Assembly: GCA_015680685.1 (NCBI GenBank)
Contig: MNCI01000900.1
Coordinates: 414,087 to 478,086 of the forward strand
Reading direction: 5' to 3'
DNA: 64,000 nucleotides
DNA from: Gnetum montanum
Lineage: Eukaryota > Plantae > Gnetophyta
Both the position numbers and the translations under genes were made by a program. Positions within the stretch are counted from its first letter, which is position 1. Each line of letters starts with the position of its first letter. Shown one piece after another: positions 36,540 through 50,255 of this stretch. The notes beneath the pieces were generated by a model that saw only the letters and a program-made list of their open reading frames with translations, was not told where the DNA came from and ran no database searches.

Positions 36540-39230
36540 GGGCACCAAGCACATGTTGAACTAAGGGGATGCCTTAGTCATGTAATTGCTTCCTAACCCA
36601 ATGTGGGTTAGGGTGTGAATAGGGCCTGGGAAGCATGAGGTGATATTTTCCTAGACCTTCATTCATGATGTTGAAGGGAAACTCTTCTTAGAGGGCTTTC
36701 TCGAGGAGGTCTTTAGCTTCTTTTGGTTCCTCAGGTGGGTCTACCGAACAAGGTTAACCCTCATCCTTTATGGGTGGCATGCCATTAGGGGAATTATCCC
36801 TCCAACCCTTGTTCTGTGTCAACATTGTTGATGGTTGGAGGCACTACATTATCACTGTGTATGATCACTTCTCTATCTTCATATAGAAGGTGGATCTCTT
36901 GGTAGATGGATGAAGAGATGGCCCATAATTAGGCTAGCCAGGGCCTTTCTAGGATTAGGTTGAACTTGGGAATCTCCTTGATGACAATGAAGTCAACTAT
37001 AATGGAGAATTACTCCCTTGCCACAAAAGCTATTGTGACCATTCCCCTTATGACAACGTGTGACCCATTAAAGGATTTCAAGCATGTTGTCTTCATGGGT
37101 TTGATTTGATCAGCAAGACTAAGCTTATTGACAATTGGGAATGGGATGACATTAGTTACCATCTCTTCATTGACATGCACCCTATGAATCTTACATTGTC
37201 CTATGCAAATTGTTGTGAACATTGGTGTGGTGATGATTAGACCCTTTTCAAGGTCAACCTTAATCACCTCATTACAAAATGCTAGGGGCATTGAACCTTA
37301 CTCCTATGGCATAGGGGAAAGCATCATAATGTGGATGGCTTGCTCATCCACTAGGATGTCCTCCTTAATAGCAATGAAGATTAACATGCTAACTAGTGCT
37401 TCACAGTGAGTAGAGAAGGTTATGACCAAGTCGTACAGGCTTAAGGTTGTGTTTTTTCTTATTTTTGAGCTTGTTTGACTTGTGCCAATGCATCTAAGAA
37501 ATTCTTACTACTATCAATTTCCTTGTTGACCTTCACCTCCTCCATGCAACCCAAGAGATGGATCCCTTGGGGAGGAGATTTGCACTTGGTTTTCTTTGTC
37601 TACTTTTAAGCCTTAGTACTCAATTTTTGATTGCTCATAGTGGCTATTTTGACTGACATGGCCATAGGAATGGAAGAAGAGGGGACAAGCTTAACTAGAC
37701 CTAGCTCCAAGAATTTCTTAATCATTTTGTCAATGAGGTGCTCGTTGGACCTCCCAGGCTATCACCTAGACTACCTATTATTCTATGCAAGATGAGGGTT
37801 TGGGCAAGTAGGGCCCAATGTAGTCGCCACCACCAGACTTTGAGTAGGAAAGGATTCCACACATTAATACACCCTAATAAAAAAGGATGTCTTCTAGGTT
37901 GCTGTCATTGCAACATGCTACAAGGTCCTAACCATGAAGGATGTCATGGGCACTCAAGGTGGTGCTCTAATGACAAAAGGGAACCTCAAACTGGTTGATA
38001 CCGAGGCCCCAATGTTACCAATGGGCACATGAACCATGAATGGCTCTTGTGCTAGTTCTGAGTTGTCCTCAATGCTGATGACATTGATAATGTAGCATAT
38101 TCCACTTACATTGAGAGGGTCATTCTAGACCTTTAGTGATTGATTTTCCAGGTGAATTAGGTTGGTTGCATTAAGGACTAGTTCACCTCAGTCAATCATG
38201 CATTGTATATCATCTCATAAGGCCATGTAGAAGTTTGTGTCATGGCTAGGCAGTTGATGGTAATGGTAGAACTAGTCCAACCTAAAATATTGGAGGACCA
38301 TAGGATTATTTGGTGTAGCAACTGATGGATCTTTGAGGAGCTCGTAGTAGCAATCATGGTGCTTTTGAGCATCTTCAGACATCTACTTATACTAGATGCA
38401 CCCAACGCTAACTAGCTGATCCAAGAGCTTCGATGGCTTGATGGGTAATAGTGCATACTTTGACTAGTCCTTGCACTCAACATTTGACCTTGGGATAGCA
38501 TGCCCCCTAGCCAACAATGATGCAAACTAGTTGGTGACCGCAGTGCTAGAGTTGAATACCTTGTTTGGCCTTAGGTTTCTTAGCCATTGATTTGACATTG
38601 TTTGGTTTGGCCTCATTGGCCACCATTGTAATAGTTGTGGTTGCCTTGCCCTTTTCCTTGTCTTTCTTTGCATGTGCATTTTTATAGGTCACATAGGTTG
38701 GGTCCTTACTAGCTTTCGTTGCATCCTGAATGCTCTTCGTTTGAGTAAGCACTTGGCTCAAAGAGTGTAGGGCAAGTTAGTACAGCTTTAACTTGATGAA
38801 GTTGTTCATTGCACCTTTGAAAATGGCCAATAGGTGGGTTTTTACAATGGGCTTATGAATTTGATTGAGTGTGATGTTCTAGCATTGGATGAATTTTTGC
38901 ATGGGCTCTAAGTAACCCCGCCTGATTTGCATTAGTTAATCCAAGGTCACCTCGGGATTCAAGTTGTACTTGAAGAAAGTGATGAATTAATTAAGTAATT
39001 CCTCAAAGGAAGATATGGAGGCCTTAGGAAGTACACGGTACTAGTCTACTACCTTACCAATCAAGGACATGGTGAACACATGGATGATTACATGTAGCCA
39101 TGCCTACAATAGAAGGTATTCAGAATGGAATGTCACTAGATGGAAATTAGGATCCACTTCACCATTGTATTTAGTGAACTAGGGAAGTTGGACTCTAGGA
39201 GATAAGGTTAGTGATGGGATTGCAGGACTG
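36540..39230 (-). pseudogene. gag: Element E gag (3' part) and protease
   Basis: FTKYNGEVDPNFHL...SISSFEELL..F; FYYHQLPSHDTNFYMAL zinc-knuckle-like motif; PR IHRVHVNEEMVTNVIP...FNLILERPWL. Confidence 0.88.
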
Positions 39231-39235
39231 ATTGG

Positions 39236-41621
39236 TGAAACACCATCAATTTTGGAACTCTCATGATTAAACATAGTCTCGAACTTTGCAGAAGGATCTC
39301 TGCAAGCATGATTTCACGCTGGACTATGTAAACAACATGGCACCTCAAAAGTCCTAATGCCTACGAAGTCACTTTTGAGGCTTCCTACAACCCTTTGCAG
39401 CATAGTCAACACACCACCTAGCCATAAGGCCAATTTTCACAAAAAAGGCACTAGGGTAGACCATATAGTATAACAAATTTTTTGTCTCTCGAGTTGACAA
39501 GCTGCCACACTCTCTAGCTTGTCCAACTTGACACATGGCCCAATTGATGGTCTACCTAGGGACCATGCTAGGAGTTGTCAAAAGTGTTTAGGATGGCATA
39601 AATAGTTTGGCAAGTTTTCTAACTATGAGACCTGCTATGCTACGGTACACTACATAGCGTAGTAGGCCATGTGGAGACTGATTAGGCACCAAAGATGTAG
39701 TTGACAATGACTCAGCCCTCCAAGATACCTGTTCCGCTTCATCCTTGAAGCATGATCAACATGACACAGGAAAATGTGGTAAATTTCATTAGAAATCATC
39801 TCCATTTGAGTGCTATGCTATGATACGCTACACAACATAGTAGGGTTCTAGTGTGAAAATACTTCCTCTTAGATTGTTTTGACGAAGTAAAAAAAATTTC
39901 CCATACTTAGACCATAAAAAATGCTTGTTCTATTGCCACTCCAGGACATGACCGACATCCCATGACAAAACATTTACGAAGTGAATCAAAATTTAGGCCA
40001 AAATAGGTTCTACGCTATGCTACGCCACATAGTGTAGCATAGCATAGCAAGGTCAAAATGCATGAAGGTCCTCCATCAAGTGGTTCTAGCAAAGGAATTG
40101 CACTTGGTCATGCTCCAACCTTCAAGACTGCCTATCCCACTTTGCCCTCACATCCCAATCAAAGTTTCCTAATAAAGCATTGCAGATCAAGCAAGGATTC
40201 ATGTCAAACTGATTGCTACATTATGCTACGCTACATAGCATAGTAAGAACACAAAGCCCAAAAGTGTCCCAAAGATGAAATCCGTAGGTCCTAGGGCCTT
40301 TCAACATGAAAAGTAGGGTTGCCAATAGATGAAGTTGCTTGCCTAGCCAAGCCTTAGAGGGGTATTTTTGGTTTTTAGGCAATATTTATCTCAAAAATGG
40401 TTGCTACACTACACTACGCTATGTAGCTTAGCATAGCGTAGCATGTGGGCATTCACGCTACTTTACTATGATGAGTAGCGTAGGTAGTGTATCAATTGCA
40501 AAGAAGCATTAGGATGTGTCCAGCAGCTTTAGAACTCATTGGCAATGATCATTTCTACTATGGAATCTCCTCGACAGAGAAGATCAGTAGTTTGCTTTTT
40601 TTTGCACCCCCTATTGATTCCCAAAGTTGTCCCTATGCTTGACACTACACATAAGAGAAGGGAATATGTAGTCCTAGAGCATAGGCTCCACTTTGCATTT
40701 TCTATAAAAACATGGTAGTTCCCTAGATTCTAGCACATGTAGTTTGAACGGTATGGTCACGGCTTAGCAAGTTTCACTTCTAGCCTCGTTCCACTCAGTG
40801 TAACACTATAGCGTAGCACATCAGCGTAACATTGTAGTGTAGCACTGCACAACAACATAGCACATCCATGTTTGCACCTTGTGGGAACTAGGAAACGTGG
40901 TGTCCAAACCACATCTCTCTCCCACTCTTGGCCTTATAAATACTCTAGCACACAACGTTCAAAGGGTTGGCTTTTAAGGTTGGCTTTTTGACTTGGAATT
41001 CTTGCGATTAGAGATTGGCATTTTGGAATTTGGCTTTTTGGTGATTGTCTTTGGAAAAGAGGTTGGCAAGCAAAAGGTTAAGGAATAGAAAATCCTAGTA
41101 GTAGCACTTTTGGGATCTTTGTTAACCTAGCAAGCATCGGATCATCAGTTCCTATTAGCAAGCCATTGGCAATAGTCTAGGAGCTGTGACCATACCATTA
41201 CATTATAAGCTATGCCTGTCCAGTACTACATACCAGTTGTACACCTTCTTGAGCCAAAAAAAGATCAAATCCCCCAATTTTGGGGTGGTACATTCTCTCA
41301 CTTAAGCTCATTTCATTTCATTTCACTATATTTTGCATCCTTGTGTATCGATTCACATTTATTACTCAACTATATACTCTATTATGCTTTTACTGTTCTG
41401 TGTGCTATAGTTTTCTTCACCTTAATCTCCACATGTTACATTTTAAAATCACTATTCACGAAAGGTTATTATACACTGTGTAAGTTCCTATTTGATTAAC
41501 TAGACTATTCAGGGCACCTCGTTTCTGCTTTCTCCAACACGGCCCTCACACAGATCTAGGGTTAGGCTGTATGCCCAATATCCTCTCGGTGTTCCAGCCA
41601 TCAATGTTTCCAGCCGTAATA
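39236..41621 (+). repeat. Element F 5' LTR
   Basis: tgaaacaccatc...; TATA ccttataaata near 40932; paired with 55999-58382. Confidence 0.92.
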
Positions 41622-41626
41622 GTTTT

Positions 41627-41643
41627 TGGTGCTAGAAGGAGGG
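41627..41643 (+). other. PBS of element F (tRNA-Asn type)
   Basis: tggtgctagaaggaggg, complementary to the plant tRNA-Asn 3' end CCCTCCTTCTAGCGCCA with one C>T change. Confidence 0.8.
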
Positions 41644-42249
41644 CCTGAACCATTATGTTCCTTCTTTGCTCCATGGGTAGTCCTACATGCATTCTATAAC
41701 CTGCTACTAGCACCCAGCTAACATAGACATGACACCCCTGTGGTTGTCTGTGCATCGATTAGTATAGATCAGCCCCAATCGATGGTTCCTTTGGAACCCT
41801 ATGGGAAGAAAGCCCTAGAATTGTCCACTGTGTTACACTACCTACATCCTATGCAACGTAGCAACCCTACCAGTGTAGAAGTTCCTACACTTTTCACTGC
41901 ATTACGTTGTCCACTACATTACACCATACACCATGATACGCTTCCCATTGTGTTATGTTGTCTATGTCCTATGCGGCATAGAAACCCTATTAGCATAGTA
42001 GTCCTACTTAGTGTAGTAGGTGTAACAATGAAGGAAACTAGTTTCCAACACTTCCAAGCATATCCAATTTCAGCCTACCTCTCTTACGATTTTCAACTAC
42101 AACCGCTTAGCATAAAAAATGCATTGTTTGCAACTGGTGCTTACACATATCTTTCCTGTTTCTACATTTTTCATAACAAAAAAAATTGAATCCTATTACC
42201 ACTAAAGTTCCTAACTTGAGTTTTGAGGTAACTCACTTTGTTCCATCCA

Positions 42250-45075
42250 TGATAGATTCCGAGCGACCGCCCAGCCCACTGCAGGTACTATGGAAGTTCC
42301 TTAGATTGTGACAACAATTTCCTAAATGTTTTCTCTAAGATGAAGAGTGATACAATTTTTTATGTGCAAAAATTTAAGCGAATATACCATTGGACCATCA
42401 GGAATTCAAGGAAAAATGTAACTTCAAGTTCATCCATCAGAACGAGAGGGAATTCATTCCTACTCCTGATGCCACTATCCTATTGACTGAAAAATATCAA
42501 TGGGTGTTAAACCAACTTGTGCTAGTAAGTAGATCAAGAGAACAAGACACAACATCCCACTATGAGGAACCATTTGAAGATGGGCAAGAGGAGTTGGACT
42601 CCCACTTTGAAGGCGACAACCCGATCTACACCATGACTATCCTTCCACCTCTGTCTTTCGGTCACACCAGCTCCTATCTTTTGTCCCCTTTGTTACTGCC
42701 ATGATAGAAGTCACTTTGGATCAACTTATGAGTGTTAAACAAGAGTTGTTAGAGTCTGTAAAAAATTTCATACAATGATGGAGCGCTACCCTAAATGAAA
42801 TTAGGGAACTGATCGCCAAGGCCCATCTACTGGCCATTTTCAAAGGTGCAGTAAATGATTTTATTAAATCCAAGCTATACTACTTGGCTCTGCATTTCCT
42901 TAGCCAGGCGTTCGCTCAAACCAAGAGTATCCAAGATGCGGTAGAAGCTAGTAGGGATCCAGCCTATGTAGCATATAAAAACACACATACAAATAAGGAC
43001 TAGGAGAGAGGCAAAGGTGTGAAAACCATAGTGGCCGCTGTAGCCCATGAAACCAACAAGGGTAAACAAATGGATAAAGCATCTAAAAGTCATGCCACAA
43101 CTAACACAACACCTGGCCCTAGAAACACTAGCCAACCTTCAACGTTAGCAACTACTTCCCAAACTTTGATGAGGCCAAATTTTGAGCGTAAGGACTACTC
43201 AAAATATACTCCCTTACCAATCAAGCCATCTTAGCTTTTTAAAAAATTACTAGAATCTGGACGCTTTCAACATAAGTGAATGTTAGAGGAGGCCCTTAAA
43301 TAACATCAAAGGTATTGTGAAATCCTTTGTGACCCCTCTGTGGTTATGCCTAATGACCCACTGGTACCTAAGAACTTTAGACTTGAGCAGTTCTGGAATT
43401 ATCATCAAGTATGTGGGCATGACACAAATTATGTCTTGGCACTAAAAGATGATATTTAATGAACGATCGATCAGGGTAAGCTAGTTTTGGATGAAAGTAA
43501 TCCTGTCTGACCCGAAAACTAATCGATGTACATTTAGAAAGACTCGATAAATACCAAAAATGCGGTTTATACTATTAATGCTATTGACATGGATAATAAC
43601 ATGGAGTCAAAACATGAACCATTTGTGGTTTGTGTACCTCCATGTAACCCTACAGTTTTGACAACCACCACTTCACAAACCCCCTTTGTCATTAAAGTCC
43701 CTCCTTAGACATTTGTCTCACCTTTTGTGCTTAAGACTACATTGCTTTCTATAAGAAAAACTCAAGCACCTTTCGCTATCAAGGTGCCCAAGCATAAGGC
43801 TCTCTCTATAACCCATGGTCCAATGATAGGAACTTCATCACAACATTCCCATTAGAGGAAACGTGAAGAGCACCTAGTGAATAAGTTGGCTAGAGAGCGC
43901 ATTGTGTTGGGCCCCCCTAAGCCCACGCCTCTATTGGCCATGCCCATGACTTCATCATCAAAGGCTATGAGTAGCACGCAACCACTGCCCTCTAAGCCAA
44001 CAAAACTTGTCATTCAATCTAGACCCACTCCTCCACAGGAGATTTGCCTTTTAGGATGTATTGAGGAAGCAAAGATGAGCAAATAACCAAAAAATGGACA
44101 ATATTTCTTAGATGCACTCTCAAAAGTTAAACAAGATTTAAAGCAAAAGAATACAACATTAAGCTTGTATGACCTAGTGATGACCTCTATGGAGCATCAT
44201 GAGGCCTTGGTTCACATGTTAGAATCTGTTTCTATTGACAGAAACATGCCAGCTTAGGAGAAAGCTATCAAGATGGTTATGCTTCCCCCCTTGGCTAAAG
44301 AACCATGGCCAACCTAATTAACATTTCAAGATAAGGCCATCAATGATGGCCTTGAAAAGGGTCAAGTGACTACAACCCCCATGTTTATCGTGATTTGGGT
44401 GGGTTAATACAATATTCGTAGAGTACACGTTGATAACGAGGCCACCACTAACATGATCCCATTTCCCATTGTTGAAAAGTTGGGACTGGTAGATCAAATC
44501 AAGCCCATAGTAACTTCCTACCTGAAATCATTTAATGGAGCATGTGTCATAGTCAAAGGTACTATTAACATCAACTTTGTGGTGGGGGACTAGTTTCCCA
44601 CCAATGCGGAATTCATTGTCGTGGAGGAGATGCCTGGGTTTAACTTGATCTTGGGGAGATTATGGTTAGCCCAATTAAGGGCATTCTACTTACCCTTACA
44701 CCAAGAAATCCACCTAACCTACGTGGGTAGAGAAGTGGTGATCTTTGGTGATGAAATAGTCCCCCACGCTATAAATAATATAGACATAGAATAAGGGTCA
44801 AAGATAGAAATCTCTGAAAACCCATCACCCATCTACAATGAACTACCATGTTCAACAGATGAGCCATCCAAAACTACCAACTTAGACTAGGAAACCACTT
44901 TGGATAAGTTTCCTTTCCAAACAGTAGATGATAACATAGAAGAATATCACCGCAAAGCTTCCTAGCCATACACTCTGCCTAGCACACAATGGGTTAGGAA
45001 ACAATTGCGTAATTAGAGAATACCTCTAATTCACTTCCATGAATGCTTAGCTTTAACACTCTTATTTCTTTAGTC
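42250..45075 (+). pseudogene. gag: Element F gag-protease
   Basis: EVTLDQLMSVKQ..ESVKNFIQ; NYHQVCGHDTNYVLALKD; PR IRRVHVDNEATTNMIP...FNLILGRLWL; colinear with E. Confidence 0.88.
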
Positions 45076-45164
45076 TTGATTTTGCATTATGTTCATTGTT
45101 TGCATTATATCCATTTTTTGCATCATGACTATTTTTTGCATTAATTATTTATTACATGGTTTAG

Positions 45165-45350
45165 AATGGCCTTAAACTATCACCATGGGCTGTTAAGGCC
45201 TAAAACTGGAAATTGACCTTTGGAAGTTACATTGTAATGGCTCAAAATGGCCTTAAACTATTGCATGGCCTTAAATGGTCTTAAACTATCGCAATGGCCC
45301 AAAATGGCCTTAAACTATCGCAATGGCCTGAAATGGCCTTAAACTAGAAC
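45165..45350 (+). repeat. About 30-bp tandem array (aatggccttaaactatcgc) after F protease
   Basis: About six ggccttaaacta copies visible. Confidence 0.8.
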
Positions 45351-45506
45351 AAGAGGGCCACAAGGGGCCCAAGCACATTAATAAAATATTAACCAAAAGA
45401 AATGCAATAATTTTTTCATTGTTTACTCTTCATTAAATTTGAGTCCATACAATAAGGATCACAAAAATGAAATACAAAAACAAAAATAAAATCTTTTGCC
45501 ACCACA

Positions 45507-48500
45507 CTACAAGTCTTCACCAGCATCTTCATATCTTGCTCCACTAGGTCCCGCACCTATGCTTGGATCCTAAATAAAACAAAAAAAAATAATTAATTGA
45601 ATTACAATAAGGCTCTCATGAAATAAACTATGAAACAATAAAGAATGGCTAACCTGAGATGGGCTTCCATCCATCTCGAAGGGTATCTTGTCCATGCGAG
45701 CCACTAGACACTGTAGAATCTCCTCCTTGATTATTTTTGGCCCAATCTTCCTCCCCCAGATCAATTCTTGATGTAACTTTCCATTTCTCCACAGCCGTCC
45801 ATTTGGGTGGCCCCGAAGAAAAGGTGGTGGTGGTGGTCTCCCCAGAAGGTAAGGTCATTTCTCTTTTAGGATACAATGGAAGCATTGCAATATTTTTGAC
45901 AGTAGGTAGCATGTTCCATTTTGTACATGTGCTTATGGTTCTTCTATGCTTTCCCCCATTCATACACCTTGGCACTATAGTCCTTCTAGTCTTGATTTTT
46001 TTGGGCCAGTAGGTCCATTTGCAAACATTGCTCAATAATCTCACGAGTGGCCTCATTCTTACCCCGTATGGCTGACTAGTATCTTGCATAATCAATTACA
46101 TCCATACACCAACTACCATCGAAGGTGTCACGAGCCATCAAAAATTTATTTCATGACTATAGATCCTCCAATTCAACTGCTTGTCTAGCTTTCTCCTTTT
46201 CCAACTTTTGGACCTGCTTCCAAAGGTCCTCGTTGATGCACCTACACTCTCACAATGATCATACTAAGTAGAGCACACATTTGCTTGTTTTCTCGTATAC
46301 ATCACAAGGTACCTAAGTCACCTCTGGTGGGAGTTCATGCATAGCATCAACCTTGACTGCCTGTCTGGGGTCCCACTTAAGACGAGAAGCTGTCAATCAC
46401 ACATGAGAAAGCATTAGTCATGGGATGATGGAAAAAATGCAATAACTTAGAGAGCCCAACATTGTAATTTGAACACACCTATTTTAGGATTAATCTACCT
46501 TAGGCGGTCAATCATTTCATCAACCACCCCCTCCATAGAGGAAAATTTGTCTAGGGTCTCGGTCCATGATTGGAGGTGGATTGAAGAAGAAGAATCAGGG
46601 GCCTTAACAATAGTGTCTGCTGCACAACAAAGCATGTTAGCTTAGTAAATAAGAGGAAAGCCAAACTGCTAAATAAAAAAGTCAATAGTGCAAAGCTCCT
46701 ACCTAGCAAACCCTTAGGGGTGAGAGTGGGGGGATCACCCATTGACACACTATCAAGCAAACAGTCAAACTCACTAGCAACAAATTATAGCCCTTTCCCC
46801 TCTAGCTGACTCAATAGTGTGGCAACATCTTCAACTATCATATGTCCCTTATGTGCTAGGGAAAACTTTGTGAAAGGATCATTGGTAGCAAGGGCATCTT
46901 CCTCTACAGCTGGGGCCTCCTCCTCTACAACTAGGGCCTCTTCTTCTTCTACAGCAGGAGCCCCTACCTCAGGGGCCAAAAATTCTTCTTCTTCTTCTAT
47001 CAAACACATTTAAAGTAAGCATGCTAGTTTAACACAAAAGGGAAGGGGGAAACTAATGAGACAACTAAACATACTTACCAACTATGAGCTACACTTTACA
47101 GACCTTGATCCACAACTTTCTTCCTCTTTCTTCACTAGTGCATGGAGCCTCTTCCACGAGACAAGACTTCTTACGCTAAAACCTTGATTTCATTGCTTTA
47201 GTAATGAGATGTTCCCCCCTTAGCACATTGCATGTGTCAATTGGAAGGTGCCTCTCCAATGTTGTCCTACCCAATCCTTCATCATTATTGAAAGAGACTC
47301 CTGAATATCTTCTGGAGGGTCTTGGGATCGAGTGGTGCGGAATACTTAGTAGATCCACAATTTGGATATCTGGGTGTGATCCTACTACACCCATATGTCA
47401 TTATCTTGGACCACCAAGAATTTTGCAAGCCATATTAGGCAAGCTATGAAGAAGGTGAAGTGTACATTGAAACGAGCATCAAGTGTCTCATGAAGCTTAA
47501 CGATTTCAAGTTGCAAGCCTTTGGAAAGGTACTTGGCCCAACTATAGTGGGTTCCTTCTTCCATGATATCCCTCATGATCCAATCCTAGTCTACTCCAAG
47601 AATTTTTCCTTGGGAGAGTAGCTTGGAGAAGGCACAAGCCTGGAAGATAGGGTAAACCTTTTGGCCTACCCCTAGCCTAACCTTATGCATGTAAATCCCC
47701 TTTCGGTCTTTGCTCATCCCTAGCCATTCTTCTATATCCCCTTGATGGTTTACGTCCTTGCTAGTCTTATCCCCTATAGGTAGACCATTTTAGGGAACAC
47801 TGAAGAGATTAGCAAAAAGGCTATCAGTAATTTCAAACACCACCCACACATTGTGAACCCGTGTGCAGAAGTCGTAAACCTTTTATAAAAAAGAATGAAC
47901 TAGGGAGAGCATTTCCACAACTAGGACACTTGGATTTACTTCTAAAAATAAATCCATGAGCCCAACCTCCTAAACATTGTGAACAAGGGTGGTTGGGACC
48001 CAATTGCATAGCCAATGTTATGTCTCATCCACCTCCCTGTATTTGAAGAGGAGGTTAGATTCATCACGGCTAGAGGTGACTACCGTGACCTCTTGGGATT
48101 CAGCTGCTACTACAATAATCAACAACAAAATCAAAAAAAAGTAAGAAAAAGATCAATCACTTGAACACATGAAAAAAAGTGCATAATCTAACACACTAGG
48201 TGTGAATAGCATGGGAAATGATGGGATTTCCACTAGAATGTCTTCCACGGTAAGTGCTTGGCGGGATTCCCAATTGCTATCCAACCATCCAAGTTCCTTG
48301 CATTTCACGTAGAACTTAGCATACTTGGTTGGATAGGTTCTGAAATTGGCCCCAAGTTGTTCTATGATGCTGGTACGCATGTTTCTGACAAAAGAGAGCT
48401 CTTGTAAGGCTGTTTGGGCCAATGCCAACATCCCCTTGTGATCGTGAAGACCATCCTTGTCAATTACAAACTTGGTAATATACAGAGTACAATAAGCATT

Positions 48501-50115
48501 ATGACTACACAAGACAAATGATACAACATGTCTAAAACATCTTCATAGGACTCACTCGTCGGCACAATAGATGGTCCTAGGTGGATTCTCGAAGAAAGTA
48601 CCCATGTGATGGGCAATGAACAATGTGTTGTATTTATGATAGCATTTACATTCCGGCATGGCCCAAATCCAACACAAGTGTCTTAAGCCTCTTGGGTGCT
48701 AATTTGAGCCTTCTACCTCTTCACCTTCAATCGACCCATCAACCATAAACTTCAAAATGCCTCAGTTTGCCTTGGGCAGCAACGTTTCAATAAGAATAGC
48801 AACTATCTTGGCCAACAAGTGTGACCACACTATCACACTGAAATGGCAAAGGAGGAACTCTAGGAACTCCCGTGCACCTTCTCTAAACTAGACCTCCTGA
48901 ACCCCTGCCCACGCATGAGGAGGGGGGACATTGGCCACGGGTGCATTCAGGAAGCACAAAACTCCTACCAGCTCAAGCACAATCAAGATGGATTTCAACA
49001 TGACCTTGCATGACATAGCACAAAGCGTTAGTATAGTGTTCAAGTCACAGTTACTCAATAGTGTAGCATAGCCTCTAGTATATAATTTTTTTAGTATGAA
49101 ATAGTATCTCTCTAATACAATGAAACAAAGCCAAACATTACATGCAATGTAGCAGGGTGGTACGTGTAGCATAGCGTAGCAGGTAGAACCTACATAGCGT
49201 AGTATCTGCGTTATGCATAGCATAACATAGCAGGTACACTTTGCGTAGAGTAGTAACCGTCCTACTTGTAGTATAGCATAGCGAGTGCACCCCTTGCAAA
49301 GTAGCGACTGTGTCACATATAATGCTATGACTACACCCCATGTAGTGTAGCGACGTAGCAAGTATGATAGGTATAATAATGTAAAAAGCATAACAACGTA
49401 GCAAGTACAACACTGTAACAAGCGTAGTAGTGTAGTAGCTCTACCAGTGTAGCAATGTAGCGGCTCTACCAACGTAGTAGTGTAACAGCGTAGCATAGCG
49501 ACCACTGAAAACACAATAGTTTGATAGTCACAATGTCAAAAATAACGCAGCCTAAGAAAAATACATACAACATTTCCATTACCCCTACCCTTTCCTACTG
49601 TATGAAATATAACATACAATGTGCTACACTACGCTGAACGTGTGCTACACTACCTAAGAAACCTTGCAAACCAAAATTCCCTCCATGGATGCCATGCTAT
49701 GCTAAACATGCACTACGCTGCTCAGAACTCTTCAAACCCTTGGGGTGGTGCATCATCCATTTCCAATAATTGTGGTCAGGGTAGCATTGTGTGCCAACTG
49801 AAACATAGCAATTACCTTAGCTACTATGGCCAAACCAGCAATAGCCATGATGTAGCGGCTAAAGCGACAGCAAAGGCAATAACAATAGTTGCAGCGTAGC
49901 AATAATGATGACTGTAGCAACCAAGATATAGTGACTACATTAATAATCTAACTTGATAAATTACACAATGTGGGAAAAGGTAGCATAGCAGCTTACTAGG
50001 TGGATGGGGCCTCCTGCCATTCCTCAATGCAAGCCCTGGGAAGACATTATAGAGTACACTCCCCTTCATCTACATTGGCAAGCCCTTGATGCCTGCATTC
50101 ACTTCTGTGTGCCAT
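45507..50115 (-). pseudogene. Antisense multi-exon accessory gene of F (PMD-like domain), lying between PR and RT
   Basis: ATG at 50115 (MAHRSECRH...), donor at 49996; exon from 49004 VMLKSILIVLELVG; introns 48555-48472, 47078-46997, 46702-46620, 46478-46390 and 45653-45570 match E positions; MRDIMEEGTHYSWAKYL...HFTFFIACL. Confidence 0.8.
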
Positions 50116-50247
50116 TGTCCTACTGACAAACTTAGTTGTATTGACTGCTACGCTATGACCACTACGTTGTCTCTCAACTCAACTGCACTACACTCTGGCT
50201 GTTAACTCTAACAGTGAAAGTGACAAGATTACCATGGGGTAATCCCC

Positions 50248-50255
50248 TATTTATA
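50248..50255 (-). promoter_or_regulatory. TATA box of F's internal antisense promoter
   Basis: Minus-strand ggcTATAAATAggg about 130 nt upstream of the ATG at 50115; the leader downstream is homologous to E 30210-30270. Confidence 0.65.

Noticed and set aside
48888-49514. 208-aa ORF rich in Cys/Tyr/Leu
   Set aside because: Most of it is translation of GCTAC/GTAGC repeats in an intron; only the part from 49004 down is a real exon.
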